From contig JABIHA010000069.1 in the NCBI GenBank assembly GCA_018649885.1, positions 53,977 through 73,976 on the forward strand: DNA of 20,000 bases. Direction: 5' to 3'. The stretch is from Bacteriovoracaceae bacterium. GTDB lineage: Bacteria > Bdellovibrionota > Bacteriovoracia > Bacteriovoracales > Bacteriovoracaceae. This document shows, one piece after another, positions 1 to 8,177 of the stretch. Position 1 is the first letter of the stretch, and every line of letters begins with the position of its first letter. The translations under genes were made by a program, and so were the position numbers. The notes below the pieces were generated by a model that saw nothing but the letters and a program-made list of their open reading frames with translations, was not told the origin of the DNA and made no database searches.

Positions 1-770
1 TAACGGTTAATTAGCTGTCTCAATTTTTTGACAATGGATCCGGCCACTTCCTTCAATTGTTTCCCATGATTAAAACGACCTGCATTTGAGTGATCAAAGA
101 GTTCTGAGAGAAAAAATTTATATTGTTTTCTGATGTGGTTTAAATCATCAGATAGTGGAAGAATATTTTCTAGTAAGAGCTTAGAAAGCTCTGGTCCTCT
201 AACATAGATGTGACCATGACCACTTTCTCTCAGAGTCACATATTTTTGTTCGCCAAATTCCTCACCCTTTCTACAAATAAGGCTGTAGCCTTTATTGTCA
301 CTGTCATAGTAATAGAAATCAACAGAGTATTTTTTCATTGGATGAATATCTTTTGTCACTATTGTTCTGTATTCTTGCTTTTTAAAAAGGCTATAAATAA
401 AGAGAAGGTGAGATGGAGTCATAGACTTTTTAGGAAGCATGATAGTGGTGAAGTTTTTCTTTTTTAGTTCACGGTATTCCTCAGAGAGCTTACCAAACAA
501 AATTATAAAAACGACCTTAGGATTTTGATGAAGAGCACTTTCATAGAGTTCTTTTAAATGTACTTTTTGTGATAAGAATCTTTCATTATGAAGTAAGTCA
601 CAATCAAAAATGACAAAGTCTTGTCTCTCGGCCTGCATTACTTCCACGGCCTTTTTTGTATTTCTTATTCCAAGGTATTTGCAGTCAAAGTCAAAGGTAG
701 GCGCTAGTTTTTCTTCCAAATGAAGATCTTGGCCTATGAATAAAAACTTCGGTGGAGGTAGTATTCTCAC
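1..770 (-). CDS. Partial gene running off the left edge; degenerate receiver-like N-terminus, probably an HD-GYP/HD-type signalling protein
   Basis: Not in the ORF track. My manual translation is open from GTG at 770 (AGGA upstream) to the window edge: MRILPPPKFLFIGQD...QDFVIFDCDL...PKVVFIILFG...VDFYYYDSDNKGYSLICRKGEEF...HIYVRG. The start resembles a REC fold and the middle resembles the pre-HD region of Bdellovibrionota HD-GYP proteins. The HD domain itself is not visible. Confidence 0.6.
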   Translation of the reverse strand, partial: MRILPPPKFLFIGQDLHLEEKLAPTFDFDCKYLGIRNTKKAVEVMQAERQDFVIFDCDLLHNERFLSQKVHLKELYESALHQNPKVVFIILFGKLSEEYRELKKKNFTTIMLPKKSMTPSHLLFIYSLFKKQEYRTIVTKDIHPMKKYSVDFYYYDSDNKGYSLICRKGEEFGEQKYVTLRESGHGHIYVRGPELSKLLLENILPLSDDLNHIRKQYKFFLSELFDHSNAGRFNHGKQLKEVAGSIVKKLRQLINR

Positions 771-860
771 TTTTATTTCCTATGGATGGTTCGCATCTAT
801 AAGATCTTTTCGGTTTATAGAAAGAAAAATTGACTACAAATTAACTAGTACCCGCGTGAA

Positions 861-2639
861 TTAGACAACCTTTAAGACTTCATCGATATCCGTGATTCCT
901 TCAATAACTCTTCGGGCAGCGTTAACATTCATTCGAGTAAAAGAGTTAGCTGTTTTTGCTTCAAGAGTACTAAGCTCAATATCAGGAGTAATCAGTTTTC
1001 TTGTTTCCTGATTTATCACAAGAAGCTCATAAATACAGAGACGACCCAAGTATCCGGTGTTCTTGCACTTTGTACATCCAACGTGTTTATAGACGTATTC
1101 TGGAACTATCCCCTCTAGGTCATCACCGACCAGTAGATTCCACAGCTCTTGTGGTGTCTTCTCTTTTTTCTTGCAATGAGGGCATAGTTTTCTAACAAGT
1201 CTTTGGGCCAGAATTCCCCTAAGAGTAGCGTTTAGCAGATAGGGGGCAATCCCCAAATCTAAAAGCCTTGTGATGGTAGAAAGTGCACCGTTAGTATGAA
1301 GTGTAGAGAAAACTAAGTGACCCGTAAGAGAAGCTTGCGCTGCCATTTCTCCCGTTTCTGTATCTCTAATTTCACCTACCATTATAATATCTGGGTCTTG
1401 TCTTAAAAAGGCCCTAATGGCACCTGAAAAATTTAAGTTAATATTCTTGTTAATTTGTAATTGATTAAACTTATCATTAATCATTTCCACTGGATCTTCG
1501 ATGGTACAAATATTGACATCATCTGTGGCCCGGGCCTCAAGAGAGGTATATAGGGTAGTAGTTTTTCCCGATCCAGTAGGGCCTGTGACTAAAATAATTC
1601 CATTATTTGCATTTATCAATTTAGTCCAAATATTTTTATCTTGTGGATAAAATCCAAGTTGTAAAAAATCTCTTTTGGCAACTTCTGGGTTGAATACTCT
1701 TATCACTAGCTTTTCACCAAAGAGAGTAGGGACACTTGAAAGTCTTAAATCTAAATCATTAACATCAAAGTGATGTCCCTTTATCCTTCCATCTTGTGGC
1801 TTTCTTTTTTCATCCACTTTCATTCCGCACAATATTTTTAATCTACTGACTACTGGGACAAAAATTTTAGGATCCATTTTGTAGACAGTTAGAAGGATTC
1901 CATCAATACGAAACCTAATTTTGCATAGGCCTTTCTTGGGTTCAAAGTGGATATCTGAGGCCCTTTCGGTATAGGCATATTGTACAATCCAGGTGACAAT
2001 TTTTACTGTTGCTGAATCTTCTGTTCCAAGGGATCTATTTTTACTATGCTCAACGAGCTTTTCAAGCTCATTAATATTTCCTGACCTCATCATTCTGGTG
2101 GATTTTTTGTGAGAGAAATCGCTTCCCTTTAAAAATCTGTGAACAGAGAAAAATTCAACTATAAATTTATTTATTGCTATGGGATTTGCAAAAACAACTT
2201 TTACTTTACGCTTGAGGATCGACTCCATTTCACCAATCCAATGATCTGTATGTGGACTGCATGTGGCGAATGTTACTTCAGACTTTCCTACTAAAATGGG
2301 AAGGATTCTGAGTCGTTTTGCGTAGGCCTCTGAAACAATTGTAGTGACCGATTGAACTTCGATTTTCAGGGGATCAAGTTTCACGTAGGGAATTTCAAAG
2401 TATCCTGCAAAGAATTCGCTCAGTCCTTCATGTGTCAGTACATGATTTTCTATAAGAGGATGCTTCAATTGATAGCGGGCCAGTATGCTGATGGGGTTGT
2501 CTCTTAGATCACGGTCATCTTTTAGAATTTGGATTGCTCTTTTTTTAGGCAGCATTTTAAGCTCTACTAAAATCTTCAAAGCATGTGAAAGTTCAAATTT
2601 TTTTTCTCGAATTTTATTCCGTGTTTTTCTCTCAAACAT
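861..2639 (-). CDS. GspE/PilB (PulE) family secretion/pilus ATPase
   Basis: Motifs ASDIHFEP, PQDGRI, Walker A GPTGSGKTTT, TIEDPVE, LRQDPDIIMVGEIRD, TGHLVFSTLHTN and tetracysteine CPHC...CTKC. The likely start is ATG 2639, after AAGGGG. Confidence 0.95.
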   Translation of the reverse strand: MFERKTRNKIREKKFELSHALKILVELKMLPKKRAIQILKDDRDLRDNPISILARYQLKHPLIENHVLTHEGLSEFFAGYFEIPYVKLDPLKIEVQSVTTIVSEAYAKRLRILPILVGKSEVTFATCSPHTDHWIGEMESILKRKVKVVFANPIAINKFIVEFFSVHRFLKGSDFSHKKSTRMMRSGNINELEKLVEHSKNRSLGTEDSATVKIVTWIVQYAYTERASDIHFEPKKGLCKIRFRIDGILLTVYKMDPKIFVPVVSRLKILCGMKVDEKRKPQDGRIKGHHFDVNDLDLRLSSVPTLFGEKLVIRVFNPEVAKRDFLQLGFYPQDKNIWTKLINANNGIILVTGPTGSGKTTTLYTSLEARATDDVNICTIEDPVEMINDKFNQLQINKNINLNFSGAIRAFLRQDPDIIMVGEIRDTETGEMAAQASLTGHLVFSTLHTNGALSTITRLLDLGIAPYLLNATLRGILAQRLVRKLCPHCKKKEKTPQELWNLLVGDDLEGIVPEYVYKHVGCTKCKNTGYLGRLCIYELLVINQETRKLITPDIELSTLEAKTANSFTRMNVNAARRVIEGITDIDEVLKVV

Positions 2640-2773
2640 TTTACAACCCCTTCTCATAGGGCTTTTCGGCATTTTTGCAAATTTCAGTAGAAGCAAAGTG
2701 TTATGATCGGGTACTGTTATAAAACTATCACTTTATGAGTATAATAATCTAATTTCTATTTATTGGAGAAGAT

Positions 2774-3238
2774 ATGTTGGGCCCAGAAGATCTGAAGTTG
2801 AGTGCTATTGACTGTAAAAATGGTGAAGAGGTTGATTTCCTATATCAATTTATTTTTGATCACCATTCGACACCCAAAAACTTATTGCCCACGAAAGAAG
2901 AGCTTAACTCACCCTCACTTTTCTTTTTTAGGGCAGTACTTGATGAGAAGCTCATTGGCATGTCTAGCTACTACAAGGTCACTCCATTTTTGGCGGAAAC
3001 CCAAAAGACCATAGTCCTTCCCGAGTTCAGGGGGAAAGGCTTTGGTAAGAAAATCTCCTCACTTATGGAAGATCTTATTAAAAATAGAGGATTCAAGAAA
3101 ATTCGTTCTGCTATCTATATCCAAAATCTCAAGATGCTCAAAATCAAATTAGACCAAAGCTATATTATTGAGGGACTTCTAAGGGATCACGATGCTCCTG
3201 GGCTTCATGAATATAGTTTGGGAAAAATCCTCGGCTAA
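2774..3238 (+). CDS. GNAT family N-acetyltransferase
   Basis: Acetyl-CoA motif A (IVLPEFRGKGFGKK), 154 aa, GGAG RBS. Confidence 0.88.
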   Translation: MLGPEDLKLSAIDCKNGEEVDFLYQFIFDHHSTPKNLLPTKEELNSPSLFFFRAVLDEKLIGMSSYYKVTPFLAETQKTIVLPEFRGKGFGKKISSLMEDLIKNRGFKKIRSAIYIQNLKMLKIKLDQSYIIEGLLRDHDAPGLHEYSLGKILG

Positions 3239-3290
3239 GTATTTGAAAAGATAAGGGTTTCAAGAAAAGATGAGATTCTTTTGGGTATTA

Positions 3291-3318
3291 TGAAACCTTT
3301 TTCCATAAGCCGCGTATT
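3291..3318 (+). promoter_or_regulatory. ECF-sigma-type promoter, copy 1
   Basis: TGAAAC (3291-3296), a 16-nt spacer starting CTTTTT, then CGTA (3313-3316). This matches the Bacillus SigW-type consensus TGAAAC-N16-CGTA, and the layout is identical in copy 2. Confidence 0.65.
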
Positions 3319-3323
3319 ACCTA

Positions 3324-3450
3324 TGACATAACATCCTTATGCTTTTAATTTGCCCCCCCAAGGCAATTTTGATTGTGAAGGATCTAAAGATGGATTCTTC
3401 ACATAAAGGCTTACCAGAGACTCACGGAGTAGTTACTGGTAGGCCTTTTT
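3324..3450 (+). ncRNA. Candidate small regulatory RNA, copy 1
   Basis: Three hairpins: TTGCC-CCCCCAA-GGCAA; TGTGAAGGATCTA-AAGA-TGGATTCTTCACA; and AAGGCTTACCAG...CTGGTAGGCCTT followed by a T-run. Paralogous to 3590-3716. The ends are estimates. Confidence 0.7.
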
Positions 3451-3555
3451 ATTTTTCCCCCTACTTCATTTCTAATTTAAATCTGAAATTAAAACACTCC
3501 TTAACTAGTTGAATTTACTTGATTATTTAAAAGGTTTATTTTATTTCGATTTTTT

Positions 3556-3583
3556 TGAAACCTTTTTCCCTAAGCTTCGTATT
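3556..3583 (+). promoter_or_regulatory. ECF-sigma-type promoter, copy 2
   Basis: TGAAAC (3556-3561), a 16-nt spacer, then CGTA (3578-3581). Confidence 0.65.
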
Positions 3584-3589
3584 ATCCAT

Positions 3590-3716
3590 AACACAACATC
3601 CTTCTGCTTTCATTTGCCCCCCAAGGCAATTTAGAATGTGATGGAACTTATGATGGATCCACCACAGAAATGGCCCTCAGAGACTCAAGGAGAGTCCTGA
3701 TTGGCCCTTTCATATT
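3590..3716 (+). ncRNA. Candidate small regulatory RNA, copy 2
   Basis: Same three-hairpin layout as copy 1 with stem-preserving substitutions. An inner hairpin GACTC-AAGGA-GAGTC sits within the terminal stem. Confidence 0.65.
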
Positions 3717-3872
3717 TCCCGCACTGAAAGTCATGGTAACCTCTTAAATTTACAAGTATTAAAATCCTTAATTTCAAGATAGGCCCTGCGTATTAATTTT
3801 TCTGGTCCAGTAGACCAACTCTACCAATAAATGTAAGCTGAACGCCTTCAATCTTTGAACTAGGAACTATAA

Positions 3873-4262
3873 ATGGGGAAAGCTCTTCTGTGCTTTGCGG
3901 TCGGTGTTGCTCTTACTACTAATCTCTACGCTTTAGAATCGGGTATAACCGGAAAAATAAAGCTCACTAAGGCACTTGCAAAGAAGATAGGCAAAAACTC
4001 AACTCTCTTTGTTATGGCGAAAAGAGTAGGTCGCTCAGGTCCTCCTGTTGCTGTAGTAAAAATAAAGTCTCCTGTCTTTCCACAAAAATTTAAAATTTCC
4101 CAAAATGATGTGATGATGAAAGGTCTTCCATTTGAAGGACCATTTATTATTGCTGCCAAATTGTCTCCCAGCGGAGACGCAATGGATGGGATGGCGCGCG
4201 GGTCTCACAGAAACCCTGTTCCTATTGGAAGTCAGAATATAGAAGTCATTCTTAAAAGGTAA
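3873..4262 (+). CDS. Secreted protein resembling the C-terminal Ig-like domain of CcmI/CycH
   Basis: Signal peptide, then TLFVMAK...GPPVAVVK...FPQKF...D.MM...AKLSPSGDA, a pattern typical of the CycH C-terminal domain. Confidence 0.75.
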   Translation: MGKALLCFAVGVALTTNLYALESGITGKIKLTKALAKKIGKNSTLFVMAKRVGRSGPPVAVVKIKSPVFPQKFKISQNDVMMKGLPFEGPFIIAAKLSPSGDAMDGMARGSHRNPVPIGSQNIEVILKR

Positions 4263-4309
4263 CTTGCCTCATTTTTTTGAGAGATACCATCTGGAGCCTA
4301 TCAAATCGA

Positions 4310-4741
4310 TTAAGTGCAGTGACCTAAGAGTTGTGATTTCCCTATAGCTCCAATATTACAACCTTTTTCAAAAACAACTTTATAATTAAATGGCATGTTG
4401 TGAATCACTTCATTGGCCCCAATCATAGCTCCAGGGCCTAGCTCGGTGATTTTTTTATTGGAATGAAAAATTCGAGCTTTTCCTTGCACTATAAGATACG
4501 CCACAAGTGGAATCTGCCCCTTATCAATTGATACATAATCACTTTTTAACTTGTGGAAATAAGCGAGGTGCTTTTTTGAAAGATAAAAATGAGTGCTTGA
4601 ATTTATGGCCGCGAACTTGATTCCCAAAATTCTAGTCAACAAAGAACATTGAATACATACTTTCTCAACTACAAATGCAATTGAAAATAAACTAAAAATA
4701 ATAATCCCTCCAACAAACAAGTAACTCGGTATAAGAAACAT
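4310..4741 (-). CDS. Membrane-anchored cyclic-nucleotide-binding-fold protein
   Basis: Hydrophobic N-terminus ending CIQCSLLTRILGI, then a cNMP beta-roll (KGQIP..AYLIVQGKA...ELGPGAMIG). GGAGGGGGG RBS. Confidence 0.7.
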   Translation of the reverse strand: MFLIPSYLFVGGIIIFSLFSIAFVVEKVCIQCSLLTRILGIKFAAINSSTHFYLSKKHLAYFHKLKSDYVSIDKGQIPLVAYLIVQGKARIFHSNKKITELGPGAMIGANEVIHNMPFNYKVVFEKGCNIGAIGKSQLLGHCT

Positions 4742-4770
4742 ATTCCCCCCTCCAGGTACGTTACTACTTT

Positions 4771-5229
4771 TTAAAAATGAGATTTATTAGCGTATTGATC
4801 TTTTAAACTCTTTTCGTTTTCCATGATTTCTTTCACATATTTCTTGTCAAAAAAACAGGCCACAGTGTCGGTCAAAGCCTCGGCTTTAAAGTCAGTATAT
4901 TCTTCTTCTAAATGACACATGCCTATTGTACTACCAGGTCCTAATTCTTTACTGGTGATGGTCCCATCTTTATTTTTTGTGGAAAAATTAATAAGCCCAG
5001 ATTTTATACAAAAAATTCCATAATAAGGGGTCTTAAAATCAATAAGTGCTTGTCCCTTTTTATAAAAGTTAAATATTTTCATCTTGCTATTCAAATCTAA
5101 TTGGTCCTGGTTAAAACCACAGAATATTGATTTCATTAAAACATTGCATTTTGAACACTGTGGAGGAGCATTTTTTTTGATAACAACCCCCTTGCTACTT
5201 ATACATTGATAAAGATTTTGCTGTAACAT
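4771..5229 (-). CDS. Crp/Fnr-type sensory domain with N-terminal Cys cluster and no HTH
   Basis: CSKC...SIFC, YKKGQALI, GIFCIKSG, AEALTDTVACFFDK. The protein ends shortly after the beta-roll. The start codon is uncertain. Confidence 0.75.
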   Translation of the reverse strand: MLQQNLYQCISSKGVVIKKNAPPQCSKCNVLMKSIFCGFNQDQLDLNSKMKIFNFYKKGQALIDFKTPYYGIFCIKSGLINFSTKNKDGTITSKELGPGSTIGMCHLEEEYTDFKAEALTDTVACFFDKKYVKEIMENEKSLKDQYANKSHF

Positions 5230-5452
5230 TTTGAGATCGGAAAGTCTTTACGTCACATCTGAAACTGATTATTGTCAAAGTGATTTTTTAAACTATTAAA
5301 AATCAGAGGGAATAATTTTCCACAAATAATACTAAGAAAACTTAATGACAAACTCTGAGTACATTTTTGCTAAGTGGCACAGATCCCTCGCAATTGGCAA
5401 ATAAAAATTACAGCAGTAGCGGAACTCTATTTTGATGCTAATTATAAAATAT

Positions 5453-5863
5453 TTATTTTTTAGAAAGGGTCATAGCAACGAGGCATACTTCAATATTGGG
5501 GTCTGCTTTGGATTGGAGTACTTCAAATTCGCCTCCGATTTTTTTAAGAATATGTCTGTCGTATTCCATTAAGCGATGGCAGGCGGACAAATCTCCACTT
5601 GCTGTCACGGGGCACTTACCTAGAATTTGGGCATATACCTTATTTTCATCATGGTGAGTGATCGGGACAAATTTCTTGGAAGGAAACATTCTTTGCCACT
5701 CATTACCCAATTGTTCTAAATCATTTGCTCTTCGAGCTCTTTTTACCAGCATTGTTAAATTGGCAAATGCACGCATAGTATACTTTGAGACAAGCTGAAG
5801 CCTGGGATTTTTGGAGAGGGCCCCAAGGAGGTTTAAAAATAAATTAAAGGTAAATTTACTCAT
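5453..5863 (-). CDS. Hypothetical protein, possibly V4R/ATC-hydrolase-like fold
   Basis: 136 aa with GKCP...ACHRLMEYD...EVC. The start overlaps the bfr stop (TAATG). The fold call is an inference. Confidence 0.6.
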   Translation of the reverse strand: MSKFTFNLFLNLLGALSKNPRLQLVSKYTMRAFANLTMLVKRARRANDLEQLGNEWQRMFPSKKFVPITHHDENKVYAQILGKCPVTASGDLSACHRLMEYDRHILKKIGGEFEVLQSKADPNIEVCLVAMTLSKK

Positions 5864-6330
5864 TACATTTGTGATTGTTGGTAATTCTGAATACCAATCT
5901 TTTCCATCAGCTCAAGATTTGTTTCAAGCCAATTAATATGATCTTCTTCTGTTTCTTTTAAAAGAGTAAGAAGTATTTCTCTAGTAACAAAATCGCCCTC
6001 TTTTTCACAAATTTGAATGCCACTTTCGAGCTTTTTGGCCACTACAAGCTCAAAATCGAGACCCTGTGAAAACATGCTCTTGACATCAGTAGCGATCTCA
6101 ATAGGGACTCTTTTTGAAAGAATCGGAGTTCCTTCTAGTAGTAAAATCCTTTCAATTAATTTGGTGGCATGGATATTTTCATCATCTTTTTCATGGTCAA
6201 ATTGTTGGTAGAGCTTAGTTAGACCCCAGTCTTTGTACATTCTGGAGTGAACAAAGTAGACATCAATGGCTGTCAGCTCAAGGCTTAATAGCTCATTTAA
6301 GTGGTTTATGATATTTTGATTTCCCTTCAC
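5863..6330 (-). CDS. bfr: Bacterioferritin, BfrA/FtnA-like subtype lacking the heme ligand Met52
   Basis: E18, Y25, E51 and H54 are present, as are ERILLLEG and TEEDH..WLE. Residue 52 is Asn. GTG start with AGGAG RBS. Confidence 0.93.
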   Translation of the reverse strand: MKGNQNIINHLNELLSLELTAIDVYFVHSRMYKDWGLTKLYQQFDHEKDDENIHATKLIERILLLEGTPILSKRVPIEIATDVKSMFSQGLDFELVVAKKLESGIQICEKEGDFVTREILLTLLKETEEDHINWLETNLELMEKIGIQNYQQSQM

Positions 6331-6448
6331 TTTAACTCCTAGATATTATTTGCCTAACCTTTTTACCGCAATTGATATAAATTTTCTACCAAATCTGCAA
6401 ATAAAACCAACAGAAAATCAAAGGGACATTTAAGCAATCTGTTCTTTT

Positions 6449-6679
6449 TTAGGATAGCTCTTCTTTCATCTTATTAAATTGACTTAAGGAGATATCACCT
6501 TTTGCATATCGCTTTTTAAGAATTTCAAGATGCGATTCAGAGTCACTCTTTGAACTCGCAATTTGCTTGATAAATAGAACTACTCCTACAATAACAGCAA
6601 TAATAACCACCCACCAAATGATCATAAATCCCCCGTGTCCTAAGAAGCTCCAATTGCCCATATCATACGTCATCATCAT
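6449..6679 (-). CDS. SHOCT domain membrane protein
   Basis: One TM helix, then LEILKKRYAKGDISLSQFNKMKEEL. AGGAG RBS. Confidence 0.9.
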   Translation of the reverse strand: MMMTYDMGNWSFLGHGGFMIIWWVVIIAVIVGVVLFIKQIASSKSDSESHLEILKKRYAKGDISLSQFNKMKEELS

Positions 6680-6965
6680 CTACTCCTATATGGCCCAAAC
6701 GCCAACCCCGTGGTCATTATCGCTAAAATAAGGAACAACATCGATGATAAAAATCACTAATAAAGAAGATCAATTCGAGCTTCACGATTGATAGGATCAA
6801 GCTGCTCATCAGAGGGTTAAGCTAGAGCTCACACTAATGAATACTGGGGAAATCCTCTCCCTTAGTGTCCTAATATTCGCTTATAATGGAGCATTGTACT
6901 CCCATTGAAAAAACTACAGTTTAGATTAAACTTAGCAAGTGACGGCTTTTCTCTGGAGGATAATT

Positions 6966-7317
6966 ATGAATCTTTTGGTTCTTTTTATTACCACCTTCTT
7001 ACTTACCCTAAATGTGTTTGCTGCTGGAAAAGATAGAGCAGGAGTCTATGCAACTGGCCTGTACGCTATAGGCCCTACCTCCAGCTCTGCGGCTGCTTGG
7101 GACGGAATGGACTCGGGAGGTTTTGGCGCTGAAGTAGGGTACAGAGGCGAAAGTGGCCTTAGTGGCGAGGTCTTTGTCAGAAATCATGACTTTGATGAAA
7201 AGACCACAGCTTCAGGAGTCGCAGGAATTTCTTTTAAAACCAAACTCAAAGTTACAAGTCTTGGTGTTGGGGGAAAGTATTTTAGATCTGGCTGGAGGGC
7301 TTAGGTTCTACTTCTAA
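6966..7317 (+). pseudogene. Outer-membrane beta-barrel gene with an apparent internal deletion/frameshift
   Basis: GGAGG RBS, ATG 6966, signal peptide and about 4 amphipathic strands, then a stop at 7304. A second frame at 7282-7317 reads LDLAGGLRFYF*, a typical C-terminal beta-signal. Confidence 0.7.
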
Positions 7318-7379
7318 CACTGGCTCCTGTTTTGAAAAAAGGTGAAGCCCTTATGGACTCCACCTAATTATTAGGCTAA

Positions 7380-7991
7380 CTAACATCTTCTCCATTGAAT
7401 TTTGTAAATGATACCTGCATGAAAATCTGCTGAGTCCACAGTGGCCAGTGCATCATCTTTATTTCTATTTGACCTAACTAGCATACTGGCGTTGACACGC
7501 AAATTGACATCATCCCCACAACGAGACCATGACAGTGCTGCTATCCCGATTGGATTGTTTAAGAAATAATCATTGTCAAATCCACCTCTGAAAGTTCTTC
7601 TAAAACGAGGGCCTCTTGTTCCCGCAAAAAAGTATTCAGTACTAAATCGGGCCATGCCGCCAGGAGGAACCGAAACGAAACCACGATAATCCACTTGGAT
7701 GATAGAAATGCTAAGTCCTTGGGGAACATGAACTGGTACTGCAATATTACAGCCTTTTCTTGCGATTCGTCTTGCTCGTGGGCCACCACCTGCTTCAACA
7801 ACAAACGAGTCAAAAAGAAGACTCAGCTCTTTTCTGTCTGGGCTTAGTGTTGCTGATACCGATCCTCCAGGGCAACCTGTTCCGCCGTAACCTGGCAGAC
7901 CTAGTTGAATATCATTGGGGTCAGCAAAAGCAGATGTGCCAAAAGCACCAGCAAATACAAATAGTATTAATTTTTTAACAAAACTTTTCAT
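7380..7991 (-). CDS. DUF4360 domain secreted protein
   Basis: Signal peptide; YGGTGCP.GS, SPD..ELSLLFD.F, RK.CNI.VP..VPQG, DYRG, WS.CG, C-terminal WRRC. Confidence 0.9.
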   Translation of the reverse strand: MKSFVKKLILFVFAGAFGTSAFADPNDIQLGLPGYGGTGCPGGSVSATLSPDRKELSLLFDSFVVEAGGGPRARRIARKGCNIAVPVHVPQGLSISIIQVDYRGFVSVPPGGMARFSTEYFFAGTRGPRFRRTFRGGFDNDYFLNNPIGIAALSWSRCGDDVNLRVNASMLVRSNRNKDDALATVDSADFHAGIIYKIQWRRC

Positions 7992-8177
7992 ACAAACACT
8001 CCCTTAAATTTAAAGGCAATATTGCCTAACAATTATTTCCTGTATTGATCAATTTCCTAAGTGCTATCAATCATAAATTTTTATCTACATTTTTTTTAAA
8101 TCCTTTGCTATCAATTGCAAGTCGTATCGAGAGAATACAAAACAGAAAAGATATATTTAAAAAACTAGGAGTTGCAA

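Noticed and set aside
210..467. 85-aa plus-strand ORF
   Set aside because: It is the antisense shadow of the longer minus-strand gene 1-770.
3339..3512. 57-aa ORF across sRNA copy 1 (possible type I toxin or leader peptide)
   Set aside because: It has no RBS, runs through the terminator, and in copy 2 the ATG is CTG with the frame shifted.
3324..3716. Tandem riboswitch (e.g. c-di-GMP-I), tRNA or CRISPR interpretation
   Set aside because: I see no GEMM or tRNA consensus. There are only two long diverged units, each with its own promoter, no repeat-spacer pattern and no cas genes.
5375..5392. TGGCAC as a sigma-54 -24 box
   Set aside because: There is no GC at the required -12 spacing.
6745..6908. 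Possible decayed plus-strand ORF (MIKITNKEDQFELHD, two stops, then an open stretch)
   Set aside because: It has no recognisable homology and cannot be distinguished from chance.
7341..7366. Imperfect hairpin between convergent genes
   Set aside because: A plausible terminator, but mismatched and ordinary.
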